Below are positions 51,326 through 64,000 of a DNA stretch of 64,000 nucleotides, one piece after another. Position numbers and translations under genes: made by a program. Source of the stretch: Camelus ferus (taxonomy: Eukaryota). The stretch's first letter is position 1. Each line of letters begins with the position of its first letter. Under the pieces are notes generated by a model. The model saw only the letters and a list, made by a program, of their open reading frames with translations. It was not told where the DNA came from and did no database searches. The stretch lies in assembly GCF_009834535.1 (NCBI RefSeq), contig NC_045698.1, positions 9,426,001 through 9,490,000 on the forward strand. Reading direction: 5' to 3'.

Positions 51326-52413
51326 TAAATAAAAAACAAACCTGATTTTCACTGTTACCTGACCTCTGCACCAATTCAAATTAATTATGAGACTTGAGAA
51401 ATACAAAGCAATGTAAAAAGAAATTAGGTCTGCAAATTTATTTTAATGCTAATAAAATCTGGCTTTTTAAAAGGTTACAATAATATGTACTGTAAAAAAA
51501 AAAAAAAAACTACCCATCGTAACTTCATAAAAATAAAGACTCAGACCACCACTTGGTAGCTTGTCAGATCATGTACAATAAATCTTTTATTTTCTTCTCT
51601 CCACTGTTTTAAAGACATGGTTTGGAATTACAGCCATCGTCATTCCTTTCAAATGCATGTACTTTAAATTTTTTAAGAGAGAATTATTTTATTTTCATCA
51701 ATGAATTATTCAGTTTATGCTTAACACTGTGAAATTTTTTGGATTTTGACAAGGTTTGAAGACCACATTAACAACTACACTAACAGTTACACTGTATTTG
51801 GACTCTGAATATAAATACTAAATGCATTCATATTTCTTTAAGTTTTTATTTAAAATATGTCTTTTTGGCCAAGTAAAGAAATTTTTAAAAAAAAAAAATT
51901 CAAAGTGGGATGACTTCTGACTTTATACAGCTCTGTAATTCAAATCAATTTTGTCCATGTGAAAAAGCATCACTTTATTTTTGGTTTGGAAACTTGAGAG
52001 TTTCCTGGGTGCAATTTGAAACATGGAGGGCAAGGAAAGACCAAAGAAAGAGGCAGAACACTCCAAGTTGGTAAGTGACAGTTTTGACAAGCACAGAAAC
52101 TTATATACTAGGCCTGTCTTGGGTGGCCAAAGAAGAGTAGATCTCTCCATCCAACCTCCGAAGTCTCTAAAAGTTTATAGGTATAGTGGTCTTAGACTGG
52201 GTTCAGTCACATGTACCATCCAATGGTCTCAACAACATCCTTACTCTTTCAAGGCTACATCCTTGGAACAGCTTTGGCTGTGGGAATGATGGGCAAAGTG
52301 TCACACTCCAAGCACCAGGGAGAGGGTGAGTAACCTCCAACTGCTCAGATCCAGCCCACAGGTCAGCCAGCATTCACATCCTCTCGATACCCTCCTCCAA
52401 CAATAATTTAGCA

Positions 52414-52585
52414 TTTTTTTTAATTTATTAAAGTATAGTTGATTTACAATATTGCATTAGTTTCAAGTGTGCATCATGGTGACCCAAATATCCTACAGGA
52501 AAAAGAGAATCACAGGCCCATATCTTGATGAATATAGATGCAAAAATCCTCAACAAAATGCTAGCAAACTGAATGCAAAAAACGG
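52414..52585 (-). mobile_element. 5'-inverted (twin-primed) L1 with TSD
   Basis: Poly-T plus minus-strand L1 tail to ~52482, then a plus-strand ORF2 piece (LMNIDAKILNKMLAN); flanks aataatttagcattttttt / aatcatttagcattttttt. Confidence 0.85.
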
Positions 52586-52764
52586 AATCATTTAGCATTT
52601 TTTTACATTGCATCCTTGTAAGCTATCTCAAATCCTCTTTGAAAAAAGAAGTGGGATCAAAATAAACTTTTTTCAAAATAAACTTCAAAAGATTTAGTCA
52701 ATCTGCAATATTACTAGGGCAAAGTTACATCAGTAAGATGCTGTTTTGAAATAAATATGAGATA

Positions 52765-54230
52765 TCAATCAGAATGGGCTAGTATGTTGTAGTTATAAAC
52801 AACCCACAAATTTCAGTGACTTAAGCACAACCATGGTTCCTTTCTTCTTCATGCTTCATAGCTGTTATGGTTACTGCTCATTTTAGTCTCTCAGGGTTCA
52901 GGCTAACGAGGCAGCCGCTATCTTGAACTATGGTGGTCGTTCCAAGTACAGAGGGAAAGAGGGAGCTCTTGAGAGCCTTGGATCAAAATTAAAATGCAGA
53001 GCCAAGAAATGATAGACAGCATTCCCACTCTCATCTCATTTGTGGAGCCACAAATCCATTTCAACCACAGGAAGTCAGAGAATGAAATGAAATGTAAATA
53101 ACCCTAAAGACCAGCACCATCTACCCCTCTGATCACCAAATACTTTGTTTTACTCTCCATTTCACCAGCAAAATACACTTATAGCCTCCATGAGTGAGAT
53201 AATTTAAAAGGCGTCCACCCAGTCACGCCCTGAATCTCAAAGGCTTGGGTCTCTGAGTGATGTAAGATCTGTTTCGTGGCAGTGCCCCTCACTAAGCTAC
53301 TATCCCTTAGCTTGAATCCCACCTTTGTATGTTCCGCCGTAAAACACGGAGATCCTGCAAACCATAGATTCTCTTTCACCAGCTGACTCCTGGTTAGGCT
53401 TTGCAGTGGAGGGTTTGGGAATACGATGGGAAGACTAGAAGAAGGAAAAAAAGAAAACAAAAAAAACATGATGCAGTTATTTCAGTCACAGTGGCTGATA
53501 ATAGCTTGTAATTTTTCAACACTCTCCAAAGATCCTCCCTTTCCCCCCTCGGAGACAGAAGAATCAGCTAACTGGAGGTAAGTGCCACTGCATCCAGGTC
53601 TGCTTTCCTTCTCTAGAGAGCTCCTGTTCTAATTTCAGCAGTCAGAGGGCTGGATCCCAGCTCAGAATCCAGTGCCACAGTAGTTCTAACTTTTCCCATC
53701 AATTTCCATTTCCTCAGCATGGCAGCTGCCTGCATCACATACTCCCTCTGTGATCTCTGTAGTGTTCCCTTTCTGCCTTTTCGCATAACAATACTTTGTA
53801 TTTAATTCTCTGTTAAAGTAGCCAGTGTGCTGTCTCCTGACTCAAATCCCGACTGACGCGATGTCTATTTCAGATTGGAACCAGCTCCTCTTGACCCAGA
53901 CAACTATATACTCAAAAGACAAGCTATTTATCAACAACCCACTTCATTAAAAATTGTGGGTCAAGGACAGGGTATCTGCAACAAACATTCCTACTTAGAA
54001 AGTGGAAAGAACCTGAGATACAAAGCAGTCAAGTTTCTGAGGATGGGCAGAAATTTTTAAGGGAGGGAAATATTCATGAATCTGTCCTGGTTTTGCTTCC
54101 TTCCTGGGAGGTGGGGAGGGGGGTCCCCAGCTCATTGTTTTCTCTGATCCTTTGTTTCCATCCTCTGTAAAGTCCTTCATTTTCCATTATCCTCTTAGGC
54201 CACCGCTGAAGAAGATTGGAGAACACTCTT
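52765..54230 (-). mobile_element. Old MLT1 (J/K-like) LTR plus internal fragment, split by an LTR33-like element
   Basis: 'aacaacccacaaatttcagtgacttaa...tcagggttcaggctaacgaggcagcc'; MaLR-internal-like sequence on both sides of 53275-53859. Confidence 0.55.
53275..53859 (+). mobile_element. LTR33-family ERVL solo LTR
   Basis: 'gtggcagtgcccc...cagctgactcctggttaggctttg...ttctctgttaaagtagccagtgtg...ctcctgact...ccgactga'. Confidence 0.7.
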
Positions 54231-54232
54231 TA

Positions 54233-54697
54233 TGTGACAGTCTGAGTCCTGGTGAGAAGCAGATGCCAGGAGAGTATTAAATAAGCAAGAAATTTATTAG
54301 GACACATGCCTGTGGGAGAAGGTGTTAGGAGAAGGTGCTGGGGGAGGCTGAGGAACCTTCAGATCATAATGCAGGTCTGACCCCAAGGAGAGGAGAGAGG
54401 GAAGGAAGTGAGGACAGACGGAAGGAAGGGACAGCTGAAGCATGTTAAAATGCAGGACAATTCTAAGGAAACGTTGGCAAGTGTATTAGTGAGTCCTTGA
54501 GCCAAAGTCACTCATCAGAGGGGTCCTGCGTCTCCCAGGAATGAGCTCGCGCATGTTCACTTATTTCCTGGGAGCCGCCTGTGGGAAGCGCAGCCCTGGC
54601 ACACACGTGGCGATGGTTTCAGAGGGGCCATGGGAGCCCCCAATCATGATCCCTGTGCTGCTGATGATCTGAGCAGCACATCCTCACGGCCACCACA
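54233..54697 (-). mobile_element. LTR16A/C-like solo LTR
   Basis: 'gagaagcagatgcc...gcaagaaatttatt...gagtccttgagccaaagtc...tcacggccaccaca'. Confidence 0.8.
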
Positions 54698-54813
54698 CTC
54701 TCTTTTGGAATTGAACACCTTCTTCGATTGTTTTCCTCCCATATAAATGTGAGAGTTCAAGGTTGTTCAATATTCAAAACAGTAAAACTTAAACTAGGGT
54801 CTTATTCTATTTA

Positions 54814-54815
<2 letters not shown>

Positions 54816-54890
<75 letters not shown>
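54816..54890. repeat. (ATT)~24 microsatellite
   Basis: Directly visible. Confidence 0.95.
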
Positions 54891-54895
<5 letters not shown>

Positions 54896-55028
54896 CATTA
54901 TTTACTTTCCCAGTATAGCTTTCTCAAATCCTTAGGGTCTCATCTATTCTATTCTAGTCCATAGCATGTCCCAACAGTGACCCCCATAGCTTTTCCCAAG
55001 AATTTTGCTCTCCTTTTCTGGATATAAT

Positions 55029-55044
55029 TGCTGCCACCTGGAGC
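55029..55044 (-). promoter_or_regulatory. CTCF core motif
   Basis: Minus strand GCTCCAGGTGGCAGCA. Confidence 0.45.
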
Positions 55045-56299
55045 CGATCAGTATTCTAGGAGAAAGTCACACTCCGGTCTCCTTCCCCTAAGTCATTTTT
55101 TCCAACTAAAATGCCTAATGGACTGCACCTAAGCCATTCAAATTTGAACAGTGGATTTGAAAGCAGTCTCTTTGATTCTTGCGTTTAGACAGTGTTTAAT
55201 CTGATTTTCTTGCTCAAGGTATTTCTTTATTTGTATTTTACTGTTTGAGGTTAAAAAATATTTATTTTTCCCCAAAACTACAAGCAGCTGAATATCTACA
55301 CTCTTTACTTCCTATGTTACTGCTTGCAAACCAGTCAATTAGGTTCTCTTCTTTTAGTGCCTTTTCAAAGACTGGTAAGCATACCTAATAACAACCTGCT
55401 TTCCAGACTCTTCCACCAATGCTATATGTTCATCAGGTACATTATGTGCTTTTCAAGTTTATTCAAGAGACAGTTTCACCAAATAATAATTCCCACTACA
55501 TAACAATGGCCACCTTTATTTCTGAATAATCATGCCTTGGCAATTATGTAGTTGTCTTGGAAGGACACAACATTGGTAAGAACTATTTACATACAACAGA
55601 CCACAAGGAGAAGGAGAGTTAATTCCTAACATGTACTTCGGGAGAAGAATGAGAATAACACAGCAGACAGGAGAAGAACTTCCATTATTGTTTGTAAAAA
55701 ATACAGATACATTAGTACCAGGTGCACTAAATTTTGCTCATTTTTCCATGCAAATTTCTTTTGCCATTAATATAAATGGATCTAATTACCTGAGCATGAT
55801 TAAACCAGATTTCCAAGATGCAACAATATTGCTACTAGTGATCTGGAGACTCTGTGCAAACACAGCTCAGGGTAGGATCTGCAGGGCATCTGCAGTCTAA
55901 GGAACACTGCCAGGGCTAGAAGACTGAGAAAATATAAAGAGAGAAAGAAATGTTTCCTTTGATGACTCCCCAGTCCTATTGGGGATAGTGTAAACTTTTA
56001 GACTTGTAAGGAAGACTAATCTTTTTGGATACTTGAAATATAGGTTTTGCCAATCACTTGTTCACTGATGCATTCTCTGATTATATGTCTCCGTGTATTG
56101 GTGGAACATTTTTGCTCCTCTTCTCCAAAATCCAAGTTAAACTACGGAGAAGGAAATTTCTGCTGGTAATTCCCAATGTGGGAATGTTGAAAGGGTGGTT
56201 TCTGTCCCTTTCTCCCCTTTATTTGTGTCTACAGAGAAGTGGTAAAGTAACTAACTAGACAAGGGGGAGTAAGGAGAGTCTGACATTTACTGGGACATG

Positions 56300-56422
56300 A
56301 GCATCACAGTTTAATTGAGACCATCATGGTTTCAACCTGTATCCTGACATGGATCATTAACAGTCTGTCCTTTCACTGTTAAAAGTGTCCTGCCATTGAC
56401 AGAAAATTGTGTGATCGCTCCA
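56300..56422 (-). mobile_element. MER94/MER81-like hAT-Blackjack element
   Basis: Reverse strand 'caggacacttttaacagtgaaagg...ttaatga...caggatacaggttgaaacc'. Confidence 0.6.
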
Positions 56423-56571
56423 GTTAAAAATCCCCAGTTATGCATGGTGTGTTTCTCACCTCCTGCTTCCTTTTGGATGTCCACCCATATTCTTGGGCAG
56501 CAGATTTGGAGCTTCGGCTCTCTCTGCAGTTATTCCTTTTGAATGAACCCTCTTTATTTTGAGAAGGACTA

Positions 56572-56979
56572 TGTGATGGTTAATCTTGTGTCAGCTTGGC
56601 TAGGCTATGGGGCCCAAGTGTTCGGTAAGACACCAGTCCAGATGGTGCCATGAAGATACTTTGTAGACATGATTAATAGCTAAAATTAATTGCCCTGAAG
56701 TAAAGGAGATTACTCTGGATAATGTGGATGGGACTCATTCAATCAGTTAAAAGCATTAAGAGCAAAAACTGAGGTTTGCTAGTGAAGGAATTCAAGGCTG
56801 TTAACATAGAAATCCTGTGTGAGTTACCAGCCTGCTGACCTGCCGTACGAATTTTGCACTTGCCAGTTCTCAACATCACATGAACCAATTCCTTAAAATC
56901 TTTGTATGTATGTGTATGTGTGTGTGTGTATCATTATATTGGTTTTGTTTCTCTGGAAAATGCTATACCAATTGATACA
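56572..56979 (+). mobile_element. MLT2 (B/D-like) ERVL solo LTR
   Basis: Start 'tgtgatggttaatcttgtgtcagcttggctaggc'; 'aaccaattccttaaaat'; end 'gtttctctggaaaa...gataca'. Confidence 0.85.
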
Positions 56980-58454
56980 GCCTGCTGTAGTTCAACTCTT
57001 CCACCTGACTTTGAAACTAGCTGTAATAAATCTATTCTTTAAAAAATCACCAAAAACTGCACTGTTCATCTCAGACACACCAGCATCTCCTATGAGTCAA
57101 GGATTCATTCTAAGACACATGAAATAATATTCTGATGGCAGAATCATTCAAGCGTCTAGTGGGGTCACGTGGCAGTGTCTTCAGGAAGCCAGAGACTACA
57201 AAGCAGAGCTGCTCATTGGCTCTTGCAGATCCTATCAGTTTGCTCATAAATGAGTGAGGTACACACACCATCCCTCTAGCCACCCTCACCACCTGAGCAC
57301 CACTCAACTCTCTAGTTAGAAAGTATTTTCAATAATTCTTATTGTTAGATTTCACTAATAATCCTGGTTTCTCAACTCCTGATGCTAATTCCTGAGATGT
57401 AGCTTCCAGACCAAGGTGTTTCAAATGACGGCCACCCCTAGGGTACCAGTTATATTTATCTAGACATGAAATTTCAGTGATTTTAATAAAATATAATTAA
57501 AATAATTTATCACACAGAAATTTAACAATCACATGCATCATCAAGTCTAGGTTATTATTTACCCTGATACAAAGTCAATATTAGACTAGAGTGTAATGTT
57601 TTGGCAATAGAAAAAGATATAAAATCTTACTATATTAATTAAACAAGGGAAAAATAAGAAAACTAGGTAGAGTAAAACTGCAGAAATATGAGTAATTAAG
57701 GAAAACTCATGAAGCTGAAATCTCATTTCTTTACATAATTAGTTTAAGCAGAGCCATCTCATAAGATAGTCCCATTTTAACAATTTCAAACACATTTTTG
57801 AGTGCCTAACAGCAAAAATAAATTTATAAAGTCTCTGATCTTGAACATTTAATATTTATATTTATAAATATACTTAATGTAAATATAACTATATATTCCA
57901 CATTCTATAAATATACATTTATATTTATAATACGTAAATGACTTGCCTTGCATTCTAGTGGGAAAAATAGGTGCAAAAAACAAAACAAATAGTATAGTAT
58001 AAGATAATGTAGAAATATGATAAATGTATTCTAACATATTACAGTGATTAATAAAGAAATACGAATCAATATGAAAGTAAACAAATGGCTAAGGATTCTG
58101 TTTTAAAGGGAGTAATAATTCTAAAGTTTTGTGAATAAAAACTGTCTTAGTCTTTTTGATTCTGAAATGCCCTTTTGTGCCCACCCATTGATGCTAGCTT
58201 AGCTGGGACAAATGTCTAATACCCTTTGAGTACTTGGGAGATACTATGCTACCATTTTCTAACATCTTTTTTTGTTGATGAAAATTTTGTTGTCAGTGTA
58301 AAAGATTAAATCTTTCTAAATTTTAAATAATTGTTTGGTTTTGAACAAATATTGACTCTATGCCATTTCTTCTCTTCTTTAGGAAATCCAATTAAATGAA
58401 TATTGAAACTTTTCCCTTTCTGTTTTCTCTGTTGCTTAATATTAGCTTTTCTAG

Positions 58455-58580
58455 TATGTGTATGCATTTGTGTGTGTGTATGTGTATGTGTGTGTATGTG
58501 TGTGTGTATGTGTATGTGTGTATGTGTGTGTATGTGTATGTGTGTGTATGTGTGTGTGTATGTGTATGTGTGTATGTGTT

Positions 58581-58613
<33 letters not shown>

Positions 58614-58618
58614 GTGTG
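58455..58618. repeat. Compound (TG)n/(TATG)n microsatellite
   Basis: Directly visible, ~165 bp. Confidence 0.95.
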
Positions 58619-60477
58619 TCGGGGAGGAGGGTTCTTACTAGATTCTTGGCTAATTACCAAATATGATTTAATTCATTTATTCTAACATTGATTTTATTCA
58701 GCTTGAAGTTTATCAACCCGTTAAATTTTATTTAAATAAATATATTTTCCCATTCTAGTATCTCATATTAATTCTTTTTATTTTCACGTACTATCTTGTT
58801 CATCTCTGCTATATTTTCTCTTATGTTTTACTAATTTTTTTTTGGTGGATTTAAGACTCACATGGAGTGAGAGGAGACTGCTGTCTCTCAGTCTTCCTCA
58901 TTCTCTCTCTCTCTCCCTTCCTTTCTCTCCACTTCTCACAGCCCTAGTTTAGAACTAAATCTATTTCTGGATAGCTGAGGACTCTTGCACTCTGGTGACA
59001 TTGAGTATATAGGCATCAAACCACTAACCCAAAGAGTAGAAAAATGTGCTATTTTGTTATTTCCTTTCTCCCTCGGGACACAGATTATATAACCTCAATA
59101 CTGGGTGAGCCCCACTCCAGCAACTGATTCTAAGCAATGAGACTTGATCAAATGGAGCTCTTATTCTCATTTTCCCAAGAAGTCCAAATTATCAGCTGCT
59201 CAGTTGTAATTCCAATCCCAATAGCCTCATAGCTTTACTTTTCACAAAGTTTTTTGTTTATTTTTTAATTCTGTTACACAAAGATGTTTGTATTAAATTT
59301 ATTGTATACATGTCTTCGTTAATGTTCTCTTTTAATTTTCAGCCATCATCATCATGCACTTGGAGCATCCAGAATGTGAAGTTCCATTACCATCTTGGCT
59401 TGAATGCAGTAGCACATTCTCGGTAGTTAATCTGTGGCTCAGGGCATTTTCAGTGTTCTTGTTTCTTTCTTTCTTTCTTTCTTTCTTTCTGCTTTTATGC
59501 ATTTCCAGACTTTTCCTCAATAATCTTGTACTTCTTTGGACAGGAGAAAAGAAAGGATGGATTTAAGATATAGAAAGGAAAGGCAGTTTGTAAATATTTA
59601 ACCTATACAAACAAATTCTAGTGATTTTTCTAGCAAATATTCATTGGACACTTTCAGTCTAGAGACAGAGAAAATTCTTAAGTAAATTAGGACATCAAGC
59701 CAGCAGGGGGGAAAAAAGTAAGATAAAGAAACCAACTACATTTTCTTACCTCATTAAGTTGAAATATTTCTATATAATTAGCAATTTTCACTTCTGAGTA
59801 TAGTATAAGCTAACAGTCATTTTCCAAATAGCAAAGGTAATTTTAGATACTGCTTGGTGATTTGTTTGCAAATCCCCAAGCTGAGCACTGAGTTTTGAAA
59901 ACCTCCACTTCTTTGACATCAGTGTGTAGGTCTGGACTAAATTGGTCATCAAAATGTCAACCAGACATATTTGCATAAAAGAACTATATGACAAAAAAAA
60001 AGCATTAACAAGAAAAAGAAATAGAATTTTCCTAATGAGCTTTGAAAAATGCTTGAGAGGATGCTGGTAAAATGACCTAAAGTTCCCTCCTTCCATGGAA
60101 CAATATATCAGATTTCTCAGGCTAGAACATTTATTTTACCTTCACTAGATTTCTGCCCTTAAATTTAAAAAATTAAATGTAACCATTTGTACTTGAATAA
60201 CTGACTCCACACTTAAGTATTTAAACAGCTTATGCTATTATTCTTAGTTTCAAATAGCTAAAATCTGTAAGAGGATCAAAGGGAAGTAACTATATCAATC
60301 CTAAACTAGAGAGATATTGGCATTGAAACCAGTGAACTAATTTCTTCATATCGACCATGTACGGGGATTCTGAATGTATTTTATTCATTAAATTTATAAA
60401 CCTAAACCTATAGTTCACCAATGACATTCATGTTGGCAAAGCCAATGATCAGTCCTCAATCTTCACCTTATTCATCC

Positions 60478-61058
60478 TGTCCTAACAAAAAATGCACCAG
60501 AAAAAGTTAAACAAGCAATGAAGGTGTCAGTCGGGAATACTGCAATAGAGGAGAGAGGCTAAAACTGAAGTCTCAACTCAACTCTACTGAAACAAAAGGT
60601 CAGGGAAGGTTTAATTGCTGGAGTGAGCTACTGGAAAAATCCTAGAGAAAGTTAGGCTTAAGGTTAATAGTGGAATGTACTGAGCACATTGAGTTATTCT
60701 TGAGTTTGTAAATATTTTCACTCTGTGATTAAACCATCTGTGTTGCTAATTAGTGCCCATGGAAGTTAAGCTCCTATTCTCCAAAAAAAAAAAACTGGGG
60801 AATAGAGGCACCATATTCCTTGATAATGACATTTTGGAGGGATGGCGCCTATGTTTTTGAGGAGGACATTCTTGGGGTATAACACTGGCTAGATGCTTTT
60901 AAAAAGGTTTACATCTCAAAGGGACAGAGGAAGAATTTACTGCTACAAGTTCTCTAAAGTAAATGCTTTAAGAGAAGGGAGGTCAAGGGCCTGGATTCAG
61001 GAAGAAGCCTGTCTGAACTTCAGTCAAGCTGGGAGCCACTGTAAGTCCCCCTAGGTCA
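60478..61058 (-). mobile_element. ERV1 solo LTR (MER31-like)
   Basis: 'ctcaaagggacagaggaagaatttac...gggaggtcaagggcct...caggaagaagcctgtctgaacttcagtcaagctg' resembles reversed MER31; splits the L2 RT. Confidence 0.75.
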
Positions 61059-61189
61059 GTTCTCTCGGCAGCGTTTGACGAGGTTGATCATTCTCTTCTG
61101 CAGACACTGCTTTGACTTGGCTTCTGGGATGCAGCCTGTGGCCAGTTTCCCCTCTGCCTCTTCAGAGGCTATTTCTGTGTCATTCTTCT

Positions 61190-61543
61190 TGGACTTGAGG
61201 ACTCTAAGGCTGCCATGACAAAGCACCACACACTGGGTGACTTAAACACCATAAATGGATTTCTCATAGTTACAGAGGTTGAAAGTGCAAGATCGAGGTT
61301 TTGCCAGATTTGTTTTCTCCTGAACCCCCTCTTCTTGGCTTGTAGATGGCCGACTTCTCCCTGTGTCCTCAAATGGCCTTTTATTTATGTCTTTTCTTCC
61401 TTTTCTTGTTAGGACACCACCCTTATGACCTCATTAGCCTTCATTATCTCCTTTAAGACCCTATCTCCAAGTGCGGTCACTTTGGAGATTCGGGCTTCAA
61501 CATATAAATTGCGGGGCGGGGGAGCACAATGCAGTCAATAATA
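61190..61543 (-). mobile_element. MLT1A/B solo LTR
   Basis: 'ggctgccatgacaaagcaccacacactgggtgacttaaac...gaccctatctcca...ggcttcaacatat'; near-TSD cttct / cttca. Confidence 0.85.
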
Positions 61544-64000
61544 CTTCATGAGCTCAGAAAGAGGGGAGTCACAAGGTCAGCGCACTGGTCCTTCTCTCTA
61601 CTGCAATCTAATTCTGGCACTGCAGAAATCCTCTGAATAAAAGTAATATTTTTTAATCGATGACATCCAAATTTACATCCTCAGCCTTGAGTTTTCCCAC
61701 AAATTGAGAAGACCTATAGCCAAATTTCTCTATGCCATCTCCATTTAATATTTAATAGACACTTGAAATGTAACATAAAATATGAATTCCTCATTTCCTG
61801 TTAAGATAAAACTTCCCAAGTTTCCCCATAACTCAAAGAAATAACGCCAATGTTCAGTTGCTCAAGCCAAAAAAATCTTGTCATTTTTCACCTTTCTCAT
61901 ACTTTGTCATCCCCAAACCAATTCATCTGTCAATTCTTTCAACTACTCTTTCAAAACATATCTTAAATCTTAACCGAATCCAAAGGAGAAGGGGTTTGAC
62001 TCTGGTTCTGTGTTTATTCATTGTGTGAACTTGGTAATTGCATTAACCATTTTGCCTCAATTTCATCTTATCTAAAATGGATTTTTAAAATATTCACCTC
62101 ATAGATATTTGTTTTATTATCACCCCAAATGCCTGGCATGTAGTAATTGCTTAATTAATAAATGACAAACATAATCACATTGTGTACTTTAAGAAGTTCC
62201 TCCCAGTTGGGATATCATAACAAGTTTATCAACAATACAATAGCTTCATTGTTTTTTTTTTTTTTCTTCCTTATTTCCCACAGGAAATCTTGGTCAGCAG
62301 TTAAGTATACTCAAAACTTAAAATGGTTGAGCATAAATTGGGTTTATTGTAAACACTCGAACAATTCCTACTCTCACCACTGCCTTCCCGAAGTTGATGC
62401 ATAATTCATTTTGACTGAGACAAGGCAACAGCCAAATTTAAATACATATGCAGCAGCAAACTTGACAAATGACCAAAACTATAGAACTTATCTTCTGCCA
62501 ACTAAAGCTTCAGAAAATACAGTCTTCACTGCATCTAGAATTTTGACCTACTGTCTCCTTCTGGAACCTCCTATATAGAGACCGTATAGGCTATGTGAAT
62601 AAACTCAGGGTGTGAAAGAGGGCAGGTCATCTCTGTCAGCTGCCCCTCAACAGGTATCACACTCAATTATCATTCTTCTCTCCTTTTTTTTTTTTAAGGG
62701 ATCAATCTACTCCATTGAGGTTCATGACAATGACTTATTCCCAAATACTTTACCCCTAAGTTCTCTGGGGTCATTGTGGTAAGCTTGATGCTTTTGTGGC
62801 TCTTTATTCATTAAAAGAAGTATAACATTTCACCAAGTCACTGAACTGAGATGAAGGAGTGAATGTATCATGAATTCCTCTCAAACACTCATCTCTTAAC
62901 TGAGAATGGGTTGAGTGCACTAAGAATAGTGTTAACTAGTGGAAATGGTCCTGCCAATTGTGGATACAAAGGGTGGTACCATTTGAGGTTAGCTGGTTAG
63001 AGATGGGTGGTTTCTCTCCTCTTAGTTTTCCTTGGAGACTTTGAAGTGGGAAATTAATTTATCCTTAATTAGGGACAGTTGGAGTCACTATGCCTTATCA
63101 GTGGCAGCTCCTTGAACACAGAGAAATTCACAGTCTCTTCTTTGAATCCTTAATAAATGTCCCCATGCTTTTCTCTCCTTACCTTAATGTCCCCAAGCCA
63201 GCGTTAAGTTCTGCACCCTCCTTGATGCCTCCTACGTGATTTTAGTCCACAAGGATGCAAAAGCCTCTAATACCATCTTGCACATTAATCGATTTTTATA
63301 CTCTTCTTTGTAATGTAGGTTAATTTTTCACATGTGAATGCCTTGCCATCCATATTTGTTCAGACTTTAACATAGCCAATGACAGGAACTCATTGGTGAT
63401 TACTTATATTTATATAAATAATGATAGAAAACAAGAGAAACTGTTTTCTAAAGACCAATGTTCAGGTAGGTCACATGATCAAAGAAAGGTCTGCAGGAAC
63501 CATCATAGGTACCAAAATGAGGAGTCACTGCCAACAAATGCCTGTCTCCCTTGAGCTGGCTCTTATCTCTGCTTCTGCCTTTGGACTTAATTCTACAGGC
63601 AAGATTTCTGCATAGAGAAGAGAAAGAAGCTATCAGTAACCTGAACTTTGGATTCTCCAAATTTAGCAGTCCAGCTGAAGGGAAAAAAACCTCTTGATTT
63701 CAGGGTCTGCCTGCCACCCTTACCCCCATTACTACTGCCAGGTGATTGGCATTGGCTTATGTTGGCCACTTTCCTATATTGTGATGGAATTCACTATGGG
63801 AATTACAGCCCCACCTGAGTCACAGGGGTCCCCAAAGTAAGGGATATTGGGAAGAAGAAAAACACAAACTTTCTATTTCTATCTTTAGCAAGAGACATTG
63901 GAGCTTCATTCATATTAACACATTATTTTATTATCTGACATATCTTGAGTACACTGTTCTAAAAGTAGTGATGTAATTATTTTATATTCAATTCTCATGA

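Larger units (their letters stand above)
60410..62165 (+). mobile_element. Long L2 (ORF2 RT to 3' end) interrupted by younger elements
   Basis: Joining across 60478-61058 gives approximately FTNDIHVGKANDQSSIFTLF / LSAAFDEVDHSLL (LDLSAAFDTVDH); later 'gatgacatccaaatttacatc' and 3' end 'atgcctggcatgtagtaattgcttaat'. Confidence 0.75.

Noticed and set aside
54728..58685. Poly-Ile and VC/HT-repeat ORFs
   Set aside because: Translations of the (ATT)n and (TG)n microsatellites.

Overview
AT-rich, CpG-depleted mammalian genomic DNA, most likely camelid (camel/alpaca). That call rests on young 5'-truncated L1 3'-ends resembling the family I recall from camelid genomes, and on the absence of Alu, Bov-tA/Bov-A2, PRE1 and B1/B2 SINEs. 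I recognise no protein-coding gene, tRNA, rRNA or CRISPR array; the supplied ORFs are repeat-derived, microsatellite-derived or chance ORFs. The window is intergenic or deep intronic and dominated by ancient eutherian repeats (MIR, L2, L1M, Charlie1, MER58A, many MaLR/ERVL/ERV1 solo LTRs). Points of most interest: (1) a scrambled ERVL pol relic at ~42.55-45.2 kb, with two RT copies meeting tail-to-tail and integrase lying upstream of protease across a small hairpin junction; (2) a tiny twin-primed (5'-inverted) L1 with target-site duplications (TSDs) at 52.4 kb; (3) two CTCF sites carrying the upstream ZF9-11 module, in divergent orientation, bracketing a repeat-poor, motif-rich block (~18-27 kb) that contains candidate minus-strand exons. 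I found no evidence of a new protein-coding system. Repeat family names come from recalled consensus similarity and boundaries are approximate unless a TSD is given.
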